This document shows positions 63,135 through 64,000 of a DNA stretch of 64,000 nt, one piece after another. The stretch lies in the IMG/VR virus record IMGVR_UViG_3300029928_000198, one strand, 5' to 3'. Made by a program: the position numbers and the translations under genes. Origin of the DNA: a virus. The first letter of the stretch is position 1. Each line of letters opens with the position of its first letter. The notes under the pieces were generated by a model. The model searched no databases. It was not told where the DNA came from and saw only the letters and a list, made by a program, of their open reading frames with translations.

Positions 63135-64000
63135 TCAAATGAGGTAACGGACGACCAGTGCGACCACGAGGACAGCGACGATCAGGAAGATCGCGATGCT
63201 CTTGAGGTCGATGGAGGACGGTTCCTCTATGGTTATGGTCTCGGCGTGGACGGATTCCACGCCGTAGTCATTCACGAGCTTGACCTGAACCTCGTACTTC
63301 CCGTATTCCATGAACTGGTAGGTCATGTACGGTCCCGTAGACTCGTAGATCGCCTCGCCGCCCTTGAGAACGGTCCACGAGGTGATCTTGGCGGAGGACT
63401 CGTAGTCCTTCGATACTGTCGCATCGAAGAGATACGTCGTTGCGGAAACCTTGGTAACCTTGCAGTCGGCCACGGGGTCGGTGATGAAGTAGAAGTCGGG
63501 CTTCCATCCGGCATAGAGCGTCATGTCCTTGGTCGCCTTCGAGGAGGAATCCCATTTCTTCGTCAATCCCTCATCCGTGAACCATCCGACGAACGTGCTG
63601 TCCGCCTTCGTAAGATTCGACGGAAGGGTCGGGACCGCGCCCCTTCTGACGACCCTCTTCTCGTAAACGGTATCGCCGTCCATCAGCGTCACCGTGACCG
63701 TGTCCTCGGCCCAGATGGCGTACAGGGTGGTGGCTTCTCCGGCTGGAACGGATATGCTCGCTCCGGGCTGGATGAGATTAGTGGTGTCGGAAAGGGACTT
63801 GGACCATCCCTTGAAGACGAATCCGTCGCGCTTCATGTCCTTGGCATCGGATACGGTCATGGCGACGTACCCCAACTGAGTCTCGGACGAAACGCTCTTC
63901 TCCGTAGAAGACGAAGGGCCACCTGAACCTTCATTGAGATCGTATTTCAGCTCGGTGGTGTAGTCGTAAACAAGGGTGGCATTGAATTTCACATCAACCC
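63135..64000 (-). CDS. Adhesin-like protein, 3' part (InlB B-repeats, PKD-like, TM); begins beyond the window
   Basis: YDLNEG...RDGFVFKGW...LYAIW; frame open to base 64000. Confidence 0.88.
   Translation of the reverse strand, partial: VDVKFNATLVYDYTTELKYDLNEGSGGPSSSTEKSVSSETQLGYVAMTVSDAKDMKRDGFVFKGWSKSLSDTTNLIQPGASISVPAGEATTLYAIWAEDTVTVTLMDGDTVYEKRVVRRGAVPTLPSNLTKADSTFVGWFTDEGLTKKWDSSSKATKDMTLYAGWKPDFYFITDPVADCKVTKVSATTYLFDATVSKDYESSAKITSWTVLKGGEAIYESTGPYMTYQFMEYGKYEVQVKLVNDYGVESVHAETITIEEPSSIDLKSIAIFLIVAVLVVALVVRYLI

Noticed and set aside
1-64000. Second VR, CRISPR array, tRNA or rRNA
   Set aside because: No other GGxW...GSRL segment matching the TR, no regularly spaced repeat-spacer units and no cloverleaf or rRNA-like stretch found by eye; a tool scan could still find a weak case

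Overview
This 64-kb window is GC-rich and almost entirely minus-strand. It contains no recognisable housekeeping, rRNA, tRNA or CRISPR features and reads as the interior of a large integrated mobile element or genomic island. The host is inferred to be a Methanomassiliicoccales-like archaeon, from the archaeal TATA/BRE promoters, GGAGG/GGTGG RBSs, Listeria-Bacteroides-repeat/PKD adhesin-like proteins and strong avoidance of TAG stops. From left to right: (1) a membrane-protein plus P-loop ATPase module; (2) large surface proteins interspersed with toxin-antitoxin-like pairs (DUF3990/DUF3791, AbrB + NYN, Panacea/DUF4065); (3) a two-gene restriction-modification system whose nuclease-helicase gene has an in-frame amber codon, a candidate for pyrrolysine readthrough; (4) tandem zinc-ribbon membrane paralogs and a protein with a pleolipovirus-spike-like layout; (5) a long virus-like early operon (DEDDh exonuclease, DNA MTase, DUF2829/Tad2-like, DUF3310-like, Lar-like zinc ribbons, ASCH, many wHTH) with a divergent repressor; (6) a serine recombinase / Rep-like / iteron block flanked by CCCTTTCCGAAC repeat clusters, next to an unusually long tyrosine integrase; (7) a diversity-generating retroelement. 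The DGR has TR 57761-57868, an RT and VR 55350-55457, with 20 of 20 mismatches at TR adenines. Its VR lies in the middle of a membrane-anchored adhesin, no Avd is visible, and the TR is in frame with the RT ORF. All family assignments come from motif recognition by eye, not database searches.
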